This document shows, in pieces, positions 12,613 to 23,921 of a stretch of 44,329 bases of DNA. This DNA is from Chiloscyllium plagiosum (lineage: Eukaryota), in NCBI RefSeq assembly GCF_004010195.1, contig NC_057756.1:7817676-7862004 (forward strand), in the 5' to 3' direction. The notes beneath the pieces were generated by a model. The model worked only from the letters and a program-made list of their open reading frames with translations. It was not told the origin of the DNA and did not search any database. Every line of letters starts with the position of its first letter. The first letter of the stretch is position 1. Both the position numbers and the translations under genes were made by a program.

Positions 12613-12819
12613 GGAAGGAGGCACAGATTAGATGCAGAGCAGGGGAAACCTGAACCCATCAATTCATTCTTCCCCCGCTGGATGCAGCGAGGACTGGAAT
12701 TTTTAATTCACTTCAGGGATATAGGTGTCACTGAAAGGGTTTATTACCAATTTGTAACTGACCATGAGAGGGTGCTGGTGAGCTGCCTTCTACATCTTCT
12801 GCAATCATTTCATCAAATC

Positions 12820-13137
12820 GGTACAGTGTGGAAACAGGCCCTTCAGCCCAACAAGTCCACACCGGCCCTCTGAAGAGTAACCCACCCAGACCCATTCCCC
12901 TACTCTATTGTCTTGTATTTATGCCTGACTAACGCACTTATCCTACACATCCCTGAATACTATGGGCAATTTAGTGTGGCCATCCCACCTAACCTGCATA
13001 TCTTTGGACTGTGAGAGGAAACCCACACAGACACAGAGAGAAGGTGCAAACTCCACACAGTCACCTGAGGCTGGAGTCAAACCCTGGTCCCCAGCACTGT
13101 GAGGGAGCAGTGCTAACCACTGAGTCACCATGCCACC
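12820..13137 (-). mobile_element. HE1-type V-SINE
   Basis: Same head, V-domain and tail as the 200-434 copy. Confidence 0.85.
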
Positions 13138-13514
13138 CTTCCCGCTTCCCCTTTCCCTGCATCATCTTCCATATACATGCAAACCCTTTCCTAGCTACAA
13201 ACAGTTCTGAAGAAGGATCACTGGACTGAAAACACTCACTCTGTTTTCTCTCCACAGATAATGTGAGGTCTGCTGAGTTTTTCCAGCAATTTCTGTTATG
13301 TATGTTACACATGCTGACACTGTGCCTGTGAAGCAGAACATGATTATGCAGAATTACCTTGATTTCTGACAGGATATCTGAGTCTGTAATTTGCAGTGAC
13401 AATGTTGGCTGAAACAGAAGATTTGAAATATTTGGATTTTGACATTTTTTCAAACAGGTGTCACACAAAGGTTTCATAAGACTCTGGGGACGCGAGGAAT
13501 ATGTTAACAAAGAA

Positions 13515-13822
13515 TCCTGACAGTGTGGAAGCAGGCTATTCATCCCAGTGAGTTTACACTGTCCCTCCGAAGAGTCCCTCAATCAGACCCAACCCCTCCT
13601 AACTTATCCCTCCAAGTCATAACTTATCCCTGTAAGCCTGCATTTCACATGCTCAATTCACCTCACCTGCGCATCTTGGGGCTGTGGGAACACCAGAGGA
13701 AACCCATGTGGACACTGGGAGAATGTGCAAACTCACACAGACTGTCACCTGAGTTTGCAATCAAACGTGGATCCGTGGCGCTGTGAGGCAACAATGCTAA
13801 CCAATGAGCTACAATGCTGCCA
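13515..13822 (-). mobile_element. HE1-type V-SINE
   Basis: gagaatgtgcaaactcacacagac...gctgtgaggcaacaatgctaacc. Confidence 0.8.
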
Positions 13823-13861
13823 TGCTGCTATGGATCGGAGACTTGGTTAGAGACTAAATAA

Positions 13862-14168
13862 GACTGCAGTTTCTGGAATCCAATGTAGACAAGCAGGAGG
13901 TTGGAAGAACACAGCAAGCCAGGCAGCATCAGGAGGGACAAGCAGGAGGTTGGAAGAACACAGCAAGCCAGGCAGCATCAGGAGGGACAAGCAGGAGGCT
14001 GGCAGAACATAGCAAGCCAGGCAGCGCCAGGGGAGACAGGCAGGAGGCTGAAAGAACACAGCCAGCCAGGCAGCATCAGGAGGTGAAGAAGTCGATATTT
14101 TGAAGAAGGATTGAAAAGGGGTTATACCAAAACGTTGACTTCGCCATCTGCTGATGCTATCTGGCTTG
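13862..14168. mobile_element. Penelope-like terminus with four 49-bp tandem units
   Basis: Unit aagcaggaggttggaagaacacagcaagccaggcagcatcaggagggac from 13891, then a short inverted copy. Confidence 0.65.
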
Positions 14169-14561
14169 ATGGATTGGAGACTGGGTAAAGGACAGAAAAT
14201 TGAGAGAATGAACAAAGGGAAAATTTTCAGGATTGACAACCTGTGACAAGTGAATTGCTCCAAGGATCGGGGTCTCACCTATTTCCAACCAGATCATAAT
14301 ATGAGTGACTCTGAACTGTATAACTGGGGCAAGCAATGCTGGCTGAATGGTATTGCCATGGGATAAGTATTCCAGACTCCAAAACTATTTCTCTGATGGC
14401 ATGGGGTCAAATCCCAACCATGGTAGGTGAGGGAATTTAAATTCATCAATCACTCTGGGATTGAAAGCCTATCTCAGTGATGATGACTGTTAAATGCTCA
14501 TTGATTGGTGCAAACATCCATTATCTTCACCAGTGTCCTTCAGGGAAGGAATGTGACAAAA

Positions 14562-14880
14562 ATACTACAGATGCTGGAATCCAAAGTAGGCAGGCAGGAG
14601 GCTGGAAGAACATAGCAAGCCAGGCAGCATCAGGAGGGACAGGCAGGAGGCTGGGAGGACACAGCAAGGCAGGCAGCATCAGGAGGGACAGGCCGGAGGT
14701 TAGAAGAACACAGCAAGGCAGGCAGCATCAGGAGGTGGAGAAGTTGATGTTTCGGGTGAGTCCTGAAGAAGGGGTACATGCAAAATGTCGACTTCTCCAC
14801 CTCTTGGTGCTGCCTGCCTTGCTGTGTTCTCCCAGCCTCCTGCCTGTCCCTCCTGATGCTGCCTGCCTTGCTGTGTTCTC
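14562..14880. mobile_element. Penelope-like terminus with three 49-bp units and an inverted arm
   Basis: Same unit, a decayed ctgaagaagggg core at the turn, then reverse-complement units. Confidence 0.65.
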
Positions 14881-16239
14881 AAGTCAAGAAATGTGGTCTG
14901 TGCTCACTGTTAAACTAAACAACAGGTACATGTTGGCCGAAGGGCCTGTTTCCACACTGTAAGTAATCTAATCTAATCTAATCTAAAATATAGAAGAAAA
15001 AGGCATTTCAACCTATCATGATGTATGGTGCCCAAAAGGCCTACCCAGTTGGTCCCACTCTCCAACCCTGTCAAATAGACGCTATACTTTCCTTGCTCAT
15101 AAATCTTTCCAATGAAACAAAAACCCATTAGTTCTTCAAAACTCTCTCTCCAAACTTACTTTATCACCATGGCTACAGAGATGCTCAAATCTGTCATTAA
15201 ACCCTTTCCAATATAAAAGCGATACGAGATTAGTTCAAATTTCAAAAGTCCAGTTTTAAAATAAGAGCCATTAAAATATGTATAAATCACATACCATACA
15301 GCACATGGCTTCGATGTAACTGACTCCTTACAATTTCATTTGCTGTCGACTTTGAAGACCATTCAATGAGGCTTTCCAAATGTGCCCATGAACCTTTATA
15401 TAGATCTGAGTGCACAAAGGGTAATTGGTGCATGGAATACGTGGTAGTAGAGCCAGATACATCAGGGACGTTTAAGCGACTCTTGGATAGAACTGAATAC
15501 TGGCATCTGCTGAACTGAATTTCTTGACATAAATAACTTTTTTTCTGAATAAATTGTTAAAAATTGCTGATCAAGATTCAACTGAACTGAACACAAACCG
15601 AATAGCCTGACATGTTTATCCTACCTGTGGTGAAGCATAGAATAAACATCTTATTTCATTCATACTCAAGAAGTTTGCAGTCATCTACAATTTGATTAGG
15701 TCACAGTTTCGGAAGGACTCTCTAAAAGTCTTTTCCTCAAGAAATCCCCTCACAAAAGTCACCAAATCACATCTGTCACTATTTTGAAATCTAAACTCCA
15801 AAAGTGATATATCAAAACATGTAAATTATAAATGTTTCATCAGACCAGCAGTTTAGGAATGATGCGGCTTGGAGCACAGAACCTGCCCAAATTCTGGGTG
15901 GGTTTCCACAGATTGTTGACGACCACAGTGCGAATGCCATGACTAAGGGGAGGGGAGGGGAGAGGGTGGAGAAGGAAAGCTCCACAAGTCCAGGCTGAGT
16001 GGATTTGACCCAGAGCGGACTTACCTGCAAGTCCCATTAGCACAGTTTCTCATCCAGAGAAAGCCCTTCCAATATTCCCTGGCTGAATAGAATGAGAGTC
16101 TTCCTGAAAAAAGTGACACAAAGTTGAATTCTCATCTTGCACTCATCAGGACAGAGGCAGGAATACAAAGTTTTAAAGGGAAAATCAATTAATACTGTAT
16201 GAGAAACTGGGCTGGTTGGTTGGCAAGTGCACTCCGATA

Positions 16240-18960
16240 GTGCATCGAAGAGTCCTTAATGTTGTGCAGACCTTTGATCCTACTCCAAGATCAAACTAAC
16301 CTACATTTTACTAACATCCATGTGTCTATCCAAGAGTCGCTTAAATGTCCCTGATGTATCTGACTCTACCACCACGTATTCCATGCACCAATTACCCTCT
16401 GTGAAAAGAACCGACCTCTGACATCTCCCGTAAACCTTCCTCCAATCACCTTAACATTATGCCCCCAAGTGATAGCCATATCTGCCCTGGGAAAAAAGTC
16501 TCTGACTATTCACTGTATCTATGCATCTCATCATCTTGTACACCTCCATCAAGTAACCTCCCACCCTTCTTCGCTCCAATGAGAAAAGCCCCAGCTTCCT
16601 CAAACTTTCTTCATAAGATATGCCCTCCAGTCCAGGCAGCATCTTAGTAAATCTCCTCTGCACCCTCTCCAAAGCTTCCACATCCTTTGTATAACGAGGT
16701 TACCAGAACTGAACACAATATTCCAACTAGAGCTCTATAGAGCTACAGCATAACCTCACTGCTCTTGAATTCAATCCCTCTGCTAATGAAAGCCAACACA
16801 CCATGTGCCTTCTTAACAACCCTATTAACTTGGGTGGCAACTTTGAGGGATCTATGGACATGGATCCTATTTTCCCCCGGTTCCTCCACACTGCCAGTAA
16901 TCCTGCCTTTAACTATGTCTTCTGCATTAAATTTGTCCTTCCAAAATGAATCACTTCACACTTTTCCAGGTTGAACTCCATCTGTCACTTAGCCCAGCTC
17001 TACATCCTGTCAATGTCCCATTGCAACCTACAACAGCCCTCCACACTACCCATAACTCCAACAACCTTTGTGTCATTGGCAAACTTACTAACTCACCCTT
17101 CCACTTCTCATCTAAGTCACTTATAAAAATCACAAAGACCAGAGGTCTCAGAACAAATCCCTGTGGAACGACACTGGTCATTGAACAGCAGGCTGAATAC
17201 TTTACATCTATTATCACATTCTGTCTTCTATGGGTCAGCCAATTCGATATCCAGACAGCCAAATTTCCCTGTACCCTCTGCCTCCTTACTTTCTGAATGA
17301 GCTTACCATGGAGAATCTTATCAAATGCCCTGCTAAAATCCATGTACACCACATCCACTGCTCTACCTTCATCAATGTGTTTTGTCACATCCTCAAAGAA
17401 TTCAATAAGTTTTGTGAGGCATGACCTGCTCCTCACTAATCCATGATGGTTATCTCTGATCAAACTATGGTTTTCCAAGTAATCATAAACCCTGCCTCTC
17501 AGAATCCTCTCCAATAATTTGCCAATCATCGCCATAAGACTGACTGATCTGTAATTTCCAGAATTATCCTGATTCCCTTTCTTGAACAAGGGAATAACAT
17601 TTGTCACCCTCCAATCATCTGGCACTACTCCAGTGGACAGTGAGGACACAAAGATCATCACCAACGGTGCAACAATCTCTTCCTTCACTTCCTGCAGTAA
17701 CCTTGGGTGTATCCTTGAGGGAAGCAATAACTTGTGGCATTACACTGGACTGTTAATCCAGAGACCTAGGTCATGTTCTAAGGACCTGCGTTTAAATCCT
17801 GTCATGGTGGAATTTGAATTCAACAAAATTCTGGAACTAAGACTCTAATAATAACCAATAATCTATTGTCGATTGTTGGAAAAACTCATCTGGATCACTA
17901 ATGTCCTTCAGAGAAGGAAACTGCCATCTTACCTAGTCTGGCCTACATGTGACTCCAGACGCACAGCCATGTGGTTGACTCTTAACTGCCGCCTGGGCAA
18001 TAAATGCTGGCCTAGCCAGTGATGCCCTCATCTTGTGAATGAATAAAAAAAGTCCCGCCTAGCCCAGGGGATTTATCTATCATAATGCTTTCTCAAAAGT
18101 TTCAGCACATCCTCCTTATTAACATCAGACTGTTTGAATATATTGGCCTGTTTCATGCAGTCCTCACAAATGACAGGTCCCTCTCACTAGAGAATACTGA
18201 ATCAAAGTATTCATGAAGGACATTTTCTACTTCCTCTGACTCCAGGCACAAGTTCCCTCCACTATCTCTAATCGGCCCTACCCTCACTCTGGCCATCCTC
18301 TTGTTCCTCACATAAGTGCAGAATGCCTTGGGGTTTTCCTTAATCCTACTTGCTAAAGCTTTCTCATGCCCCCTGCCAGCTCTGCTAAATCCATTCTTCA
18401 GTTCCTTCCTGGCTACCTTGCAACCCTCTAGAGCCATGTCTGATCCTTGTCTCCTCAACCTTAAATCAGCTTCCTTCTTCCTCATGACTAGATGTCCTAC
18501 ATCTCTTGTCACCCAAGGTTCCTTCACCCTACCATCCCTTCATTGCCAATTTGAGACAAACCTGTCCAGCACTATCAGCAAATGCTCCCTAAACAATCTT
18601 CACATTTCTGCTGTGCATTTCCCCGAGAACATCTGCTCCCAATTTAGGCACCACAGTTCCTGCCTAATAGCATTTTAATTCCTTCTCCCCCAATTAAATA
18701 CTTTCCCATACTGTCTGCTCTCTCCATGACTACAGTAAAGATCAGGGAGTTGTGATCACTATCACTGAAATGTTCTCCTGCCACAAGACCTGACACCTGA
18801 CCTGGTTCGTTGTCAAGCACCAAATCTGGAAAGGCCTTCGCTGTATTCAGCCTATCTACATACTGAGTCATGAATCCATCCTGAATAACCCTGACAAAAA
18901 CCTTTGAATCAAGGAGGTTCTAATTAATATTAAGGAAGTTAAAATCACCCATGAAAACAA
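16240..18960 (-). mobile_element. CR1 LINE ORF2 remnant interrupted by a SINE-like insert (about 17720-18051)
   Basis: 258-aa ORF VPDDWRVTNVIPLFKKG..NYRSVSL..VDVVYMDFSRAFDK..VPQGFVL; endonuclease end SDHN. Confidence 0.92.
17720..18051 (+). mobile_element. SINE-like element with an A-rich tail inserted in CR1
   Basis: Ends gggcaataaatgctggcctagccagtgatgccctcatcttgtgaatgaataaaaaaa; related pieces at about 9290-9530 and 14340-14550. Confidence 0.6.
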
Positions 18961-19754
18961 GAGGGCGAGGCCAGTGATATGAGGGCAGAGGGAGATATGA
19001 TGATTAACCTCCATGGAACATGCATGCACAGCCGGACTCTTGGCAGCTTCAAAGTTTCCTGACCATCCAGGTTGCCAAACATCTCAAAATGGCCTTTGGT
19101 GCCAATAGTGCAGTGGATTTCCCCACCAAACTGTGAATGGTGACCAACCCAATCCCAAGAAACCTATCACAATATACCAAAATGTCCCTTCATCTACTCT
19201 CCCTCATCATTTATCATCATGTTGAAGGTATTGGCATTGACCTGTGGGCAAGAAATTCCCAGTTGTGGTGGGTGTGATCGAGGGTCCTGAGGTCAGTCAC
19301 ACGCAGCAACCAATGGGGATGTCAGGAGAGCTTGGAGTTGGCAGGGGTCAATGGGTGTAAAGGTCAGAGGATGTCAACACCAGGAATGTGGTCAACCTGA
19401 GTTAGCAACTTGTACCCGCTGGATGGGATGGTCAGGTCAATGCATTTTTAACTCAAAGACCCAACCAGTTCCTTCAAGGGGAGCGAGCCCTACCATCTTT
19501 TAAGGGAACCTTGCAATAATTCAGGACTGGGAGCTGAATGGATTCAGCGTACGTTTCAATAAAGATGGAGAAAATAACACCACTGAAGCTGATAAACTGT
19601 CCTGGGTCTGACGCTGCCAAGCCCATGCTGCAGTGACGAAATGTTAAGGAAATTGTCTACGCATTAATCTTGATCTTCGAAATGTTCTTTATTCAGGAAT
19701 TGTCATATTGGATGAGGAAAATGAACAACGTCACAACAATATTTAAAAGAACAG

Positions 19755-19915
19755 TCCGGTCTTCGGTTGGTCATCCATCGCCATAGTTCAAATTGCTAAT
19801 CTTCTTCTCTGGTTTTAAGCAGAGCTCCCTCGATCCACATCTCAATGTTATCCAACCATCTGACTTTTCCTCTCTCACTTCTGTTTTTACGTTCAATGTC
19901 TCCTTCGTTAACCCT
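19755..19915 (-). mobile_element. RTE-clade LINE 3' fragment
   Basis: Translates EGDIERKNRSERGKVRWLDNIEMW...WRWM, resembling the RTE C-terminal EGxIEGKRxRGRxxxRWxDNIxxW motif. Confidence 0.55.
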
Positions 19916-19969
19916 TTTGTTTCCTGAATGCCCACTCTTGATTTGAGAGTACAGAGGAATCACTTTTAA

Positions 19970-20870
19970 GTCGAATCATGGAATCAATGGCACAGAAACA
20001 GACCCTTCAGTTCAACTCGTCCATGCTCAAACTAAATTGTTCCACTTGCTTGCATTTGGCCCATAAGCCTCTAAACCTTTCCTTTCCACGTATCTGTCCA
20101 AATCTCTTTTAAATGTTGTAATTATATTTTCTTCTACCACTTCCTCTGGCAGTTCGTTCCCCAACTGTGTGTGAAAACATTGTCCCTCAGGGCCTTCGTA
20201 AATCTTTCTCCTCTCACCTTAAAAATATGCCCCCGAATTTTGAACTCCCCCACTCAAAGGAAAGGACTTTGGCTATTCACCTTTTCTGGTCCCCTCATGG
20301 TTTTATAAACCCCCATAAGGTCACTCCTCAACCTCCTGTGCTCCAGTGAAACAAGTCCCAGCCTGTCCAACCTCTCCTTATAACTCAAATCCTCTAGTTC
20401 CAGCAATATCCTCGTAAGTATTTTCTGAAACCTTTCCAATTTTGTAATATCCTTCCTACAGCAAGGCCACCAGAACTGTACACTGTACTCCAAAAGTGAC
20501 CTCACCAACATCCCACAGAATTTCAGCATGACCTCCAACTCCTATATGTGTTGCTGGAAAAGCGCAGCAGGTCAGGCAGCATCTAGGGAACAGGAGAATC
20601 GACGTTTCGGGCATTAGCCCTTCTTCAGCTAATGCCCGAAACGTCGATTCTCCTGTTCCCTAGATGCTGCCTGACCTGCTGCGCTTTTCCAGCAACACAT
20701 ATCCATCTCTGATCTCCAGCATCTGCAGACCTCACTTTCTCCTCCAACTCCTATACCCAATGGACGGGGCATTGAAAGCAAGCATGCTTAATGTCTTCTT
20801 AACTATCCTGTCTACTTTCAAAAAACATGTACCTGAACTCCTTAGACTTTCTGTTTAAAAACACTAATGC
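19970..20870 (-). mobile_element. CR1 3' fragment containing a Penelope palindrome
   Basis: LVRSLLEYSVQFWWP..LERFQK..RRLRSDL. Confidence 0.85.
20547..20740. mobile_element. Palindromic Penelope-terminus insertion
   Basis: About 75-bp inverted arms plus a tail; TSD cctccaactcctata at 20532-20546 and 20741-20755. Confidence 0.85.
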
Positions 20871-20939
20871 GCAGGAAAATCTCTGCCGGATGTGGAAGGA
20901 TCCTTTGGGGCATTGGAGGGAGATAATGGGGAGGAGTGG

Positions 20940-21622
20940 GTGCAGATTCTCCTGCACATCCAAACACCTCATCTACTGTGCCCATTACTCTCGGTGTGGT
21001 CTCCTCTACACTGGGGAGACAGGGCGCCAACATGCAGAACGTTTCAGAGAACATCCCAGGGACACACGCACCAAACAACGCCACTGTCCTGTAGCCAACC
21101 ACTTCAACACCCCCTCCCACTCCGCCAAGGACATGGAAGTCCTGGGACTCTTCCACTGCCAAATCCTAGCCAACTGATGCCTGGAGGAAGAATGCTTCAT
21201 CTTCCACCTTGGAACCTTCTAACCACATGGCATTAACATCGATTTCACCAGTTTCCTCATCTCCCCTCCCCCCACCTGATTGTAGATCAAACTCTCCGCC
21301 CAGGCACTACCCTCTTGAATTGTCCTATCTGCCCAGCATCTTTCCCACTCATCTACTCGACTCTTTGCTCTGAACTATTACCATCACCCCTCCCCCACCT
21401 GAATCTACCTATCGCCTTACCAACTACCTTCCCCCAGGCCCACACTCCCCTACTCTTTATCTCTCAGCCCCCTTCCATCACCCTCTGCCCCCAACATCTC
21501 TGATGAAGGGCTTATGCCCAAAATGTTGATTCTCCTGCTCCTTGAATACTGCCTGAACTGCTGTGTTTTTCCAGCATCACACTTTTCTGATCTCCAGCAA
21601 CTGCAGTCCTCACTTTCTCCTG
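20940..21622 (+). mobile_element. Penelope-like element 3' part (GIY-YIG endonuclease remnant plus terminal repeat)
   Basis: FSCTSKHLIYCAHYSRCGLLYTGETGR..ERFREH..PVANHFN; ends in the same terminal sequence as the palindromes. Confidence 0.85.
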
Positions 21623-22099
21623 CTCTTCAGTATTGTAATGGTAATGTCAATGTAAACAGGTCATACTGTAATAATACCCTTTTTCCAATGGTGGTTCTGT
21701 ATGATCCGTGATTCACATCCCCCAATTCCTCAGCCTATGCTGTAAAGAGTCTCTCAACTTCACAAATAACATCATCTTCTGTCTAGGTTACTGTCTGTTT
21801 GTACAACCAAGGCTGACAATACAAGATCGGGACTATCATATGGAAATATGATAAGACTGCTGGACTAGAAAGTGGTGAGGACATTATACTAACGTGTTCT
21901 AATTCTGCTTTGACCCTGCTTTCTTTGGGTTTTGTTGAGAGAACTCTGTAAACTTTCATAGTGTACAACAGAATGAAAATTGATTCAAATACAGCAGCAG
22001 CAGCTAGAACCCACACTTAGAAAAGATCCAAACATAATTACACATCAAAAAGTGCATCATCCATCAAAATTAATCCAGTTAAAACTCCCGTGTCGTACA

Positions 22100-22800
22100 G
22101 AGTGCATGCTGCACTATTAAAGTGTCAGGACTCAGAGACTGTTGCACTGTCCGAGCATCAGTACTGAGGGAATGTTGCACTTTTCAGAGGATCAGTACTG
22201 AGGGAGTGCAGCACTGTTGGAGGGTTAATACAAAAGGATTGCTGCACTGTCTGAGGGTAATACTGAGGGACTGATGTACTGCTGGACCATCAGTGCTGAG
22301 GGAGTGCCAACATGTTGGAGGATCACTACTGAGGGAGTCCTGCATTGCTGGAGAGTCAAAACTGGGGGGGTGCCACAATGTCAAAGGATCAGTATTGAGG
22401 CAGTTCCATACTGTTGAAGGGTCAGTAATGAGGGAGTGCTGCACTGTCAGAGGGTCAGTACTGAGGGAGTACCACAGTCAGAGGGTCAGCGTTGAAGGTA
22501 TGCTGCACTATCAGAGGGCCAGTACTGAAGGAGCGCTGCATTGTCAGAGGATCAGTGCTGAGGGAGTGCCACACTGCCGGAGAGTCAGTGCTGAGGGAGT
22601 GCTACACTGCCGGAGAGTCAGTGCTGAGGGAACTGCCGAATTGTCAAAGGGTCAATGCTGAGGGAGTGCTGCATTGTCAGAGGGTCAATGTTGAATGATC
22701 GGCGCACTGTCAGAGGGTCAGTGCTGAGGGAGCGCCACAATATCGGAGGGTCTGTGCTGAGGGAACTGCCGAATTGTCAAAGGGTCAGTGCTGAGGGAGG
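22100..22800. repeat. 33-bp minisatellite (gtcagtactgagggagtgctgcactgtcagagg)n, Deu-SINE-derived
   Basis: About 20 degenerate units, continuing directly into a Deu-SINE body and tail (22805-23066). Confidence 0.9.
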
Positions 22801-22804
22801 GCTG

Positions 22805-23066
22805 CTCAAGTGGATGTGGAAAATCCCATGGCGATTTTTGGAAAAGGAGCAGGTGTTCATCTTCCCAATGTCCTGCAACCAACTTCTATTTCCCAATCAG
22901 CATCCATAAAAGCAAACGTTATGTCTCACAATCGCATGCTTTTTTTATGGAATCTTGCTGTGTCAATCCTACATTGCAAAGATGGCAGCACTTCAAAACT
23001 ACTTAATTCACTGAAGCGCTTTTGAAAAGTTCTGCAGTGGTCCAAGGTGTTACACAAATGTAAGTC
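22805..23066 (+). mobile_element. Deu-domain SINE 3' part
   Basis: aagtggatgtggaaaatcccatggc...cctacattgcaaa..cacttcaaaactactt...tgaagcgctttt. Confidence 0.65.
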
Positions 23067-23813
23067 TGCCTTGGTTAGAATTGGGCAAGGGAATATGATT
23101 TAATACTGGTGGATAAGAGTTTGATCAAAGAGATTGGGTTTTCTGAGCATCTGAAGCAGGCGGTTTAAGGAGTGAAGGGATGTTTTTGGAGGGGAACGGT
23201 GTGGGTGGGAGACTTCAAAGAGAGAGGGGACCAGTTACTGAAGAGAGTGAACCATCACAACGGTTGGCTAACATGAGAGCCAGGAGGGAATGTTGGGTGA
23301 TGAACGTTTAGTGGGAACTGGACAGAGGGAAAAGGAGGCAGTTGTCATTGACAGAGTGAGCTTGGAGAGAGCATGAGAGGTGATAGAACAGAAAGTGGGC
23401 AGAAATGACAGTTCTGGGCTAGGGCGGAGGTGAGGATTCAAGGAACGTTGACCCAGTGGATGAGTGCAAGGAAGGGAACTGGCGCAGAGTTGAATACGTC
23501 TGTTCAGTCTTGGCAGAAGTTTGATCAAGATCGAAAGACATTGACAATCACAACGGACAGAAGGACATTCCTTGCTGTTGGAGATAATGTAGAAAAAGGA
23601 TGTTTAAAATTAAATCCAGACCAACACATCTTGGACACCTCATCACTCAACTCTGACACATCACCTCCGAGAAACGCCAGCACATGATATTGAGAAATTT
23701 CAAAGTAGTTCTTGGGAATGATTCCTGTGGATTTTAGAAAATAAGTTGAAGTTTAAAAATATTCCCTCAATCTGTGTTGTCCCCATGCTGAACATTTCTC
23801 AATCTTATTTAGT

Positions 23814-23921
23814 TTAGATATTCGCATACACAGCCTCGTCATCATAATTGCAGTTTGCGTAGAGGTCATCTTTTTGGTGCACATGGACATTATGATTTGA
23901 TTTCACTTCTTCAACTTTCCT
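23814..23921 (-). CDS. Gene B terminal exon (RKVEEVKSNHNVHVHQKDDLYANCNYDDEAVYANI*)
   Basis: Strong acceptor tttccatttttattgcag, phase 0; two YAN motifs, then TAA. Confidence 0.85.
   Translation of the reverse strand, partial: RKVEEVKSNHNVHVHQKDDLYANCNYDDEAVYANI

Noticed and set aside
12221-12873. Long ORFs on both strands (SLSLSHTHT / ERERER)
   Set aside because: Microsatellite translation.
13891-14083. Regular direct repeats superficially like a CRISPR array
   Set aside because: Head-to-tail units without unique spacers, in vertebrate DNA, with no cas genes.
16951-17727. 258-aa ORF as a host gene or active reverse transcriptase
   Set aside because: Frameshifted CR1 ORF2 fragment with a degraded catalytic region.
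22184-22909. Repetitive Cys-rich ORFs (VRGSVLRECHT)n
   Set aside because: Translation of the 33-bp minisatellite; no splice or coding evidence.
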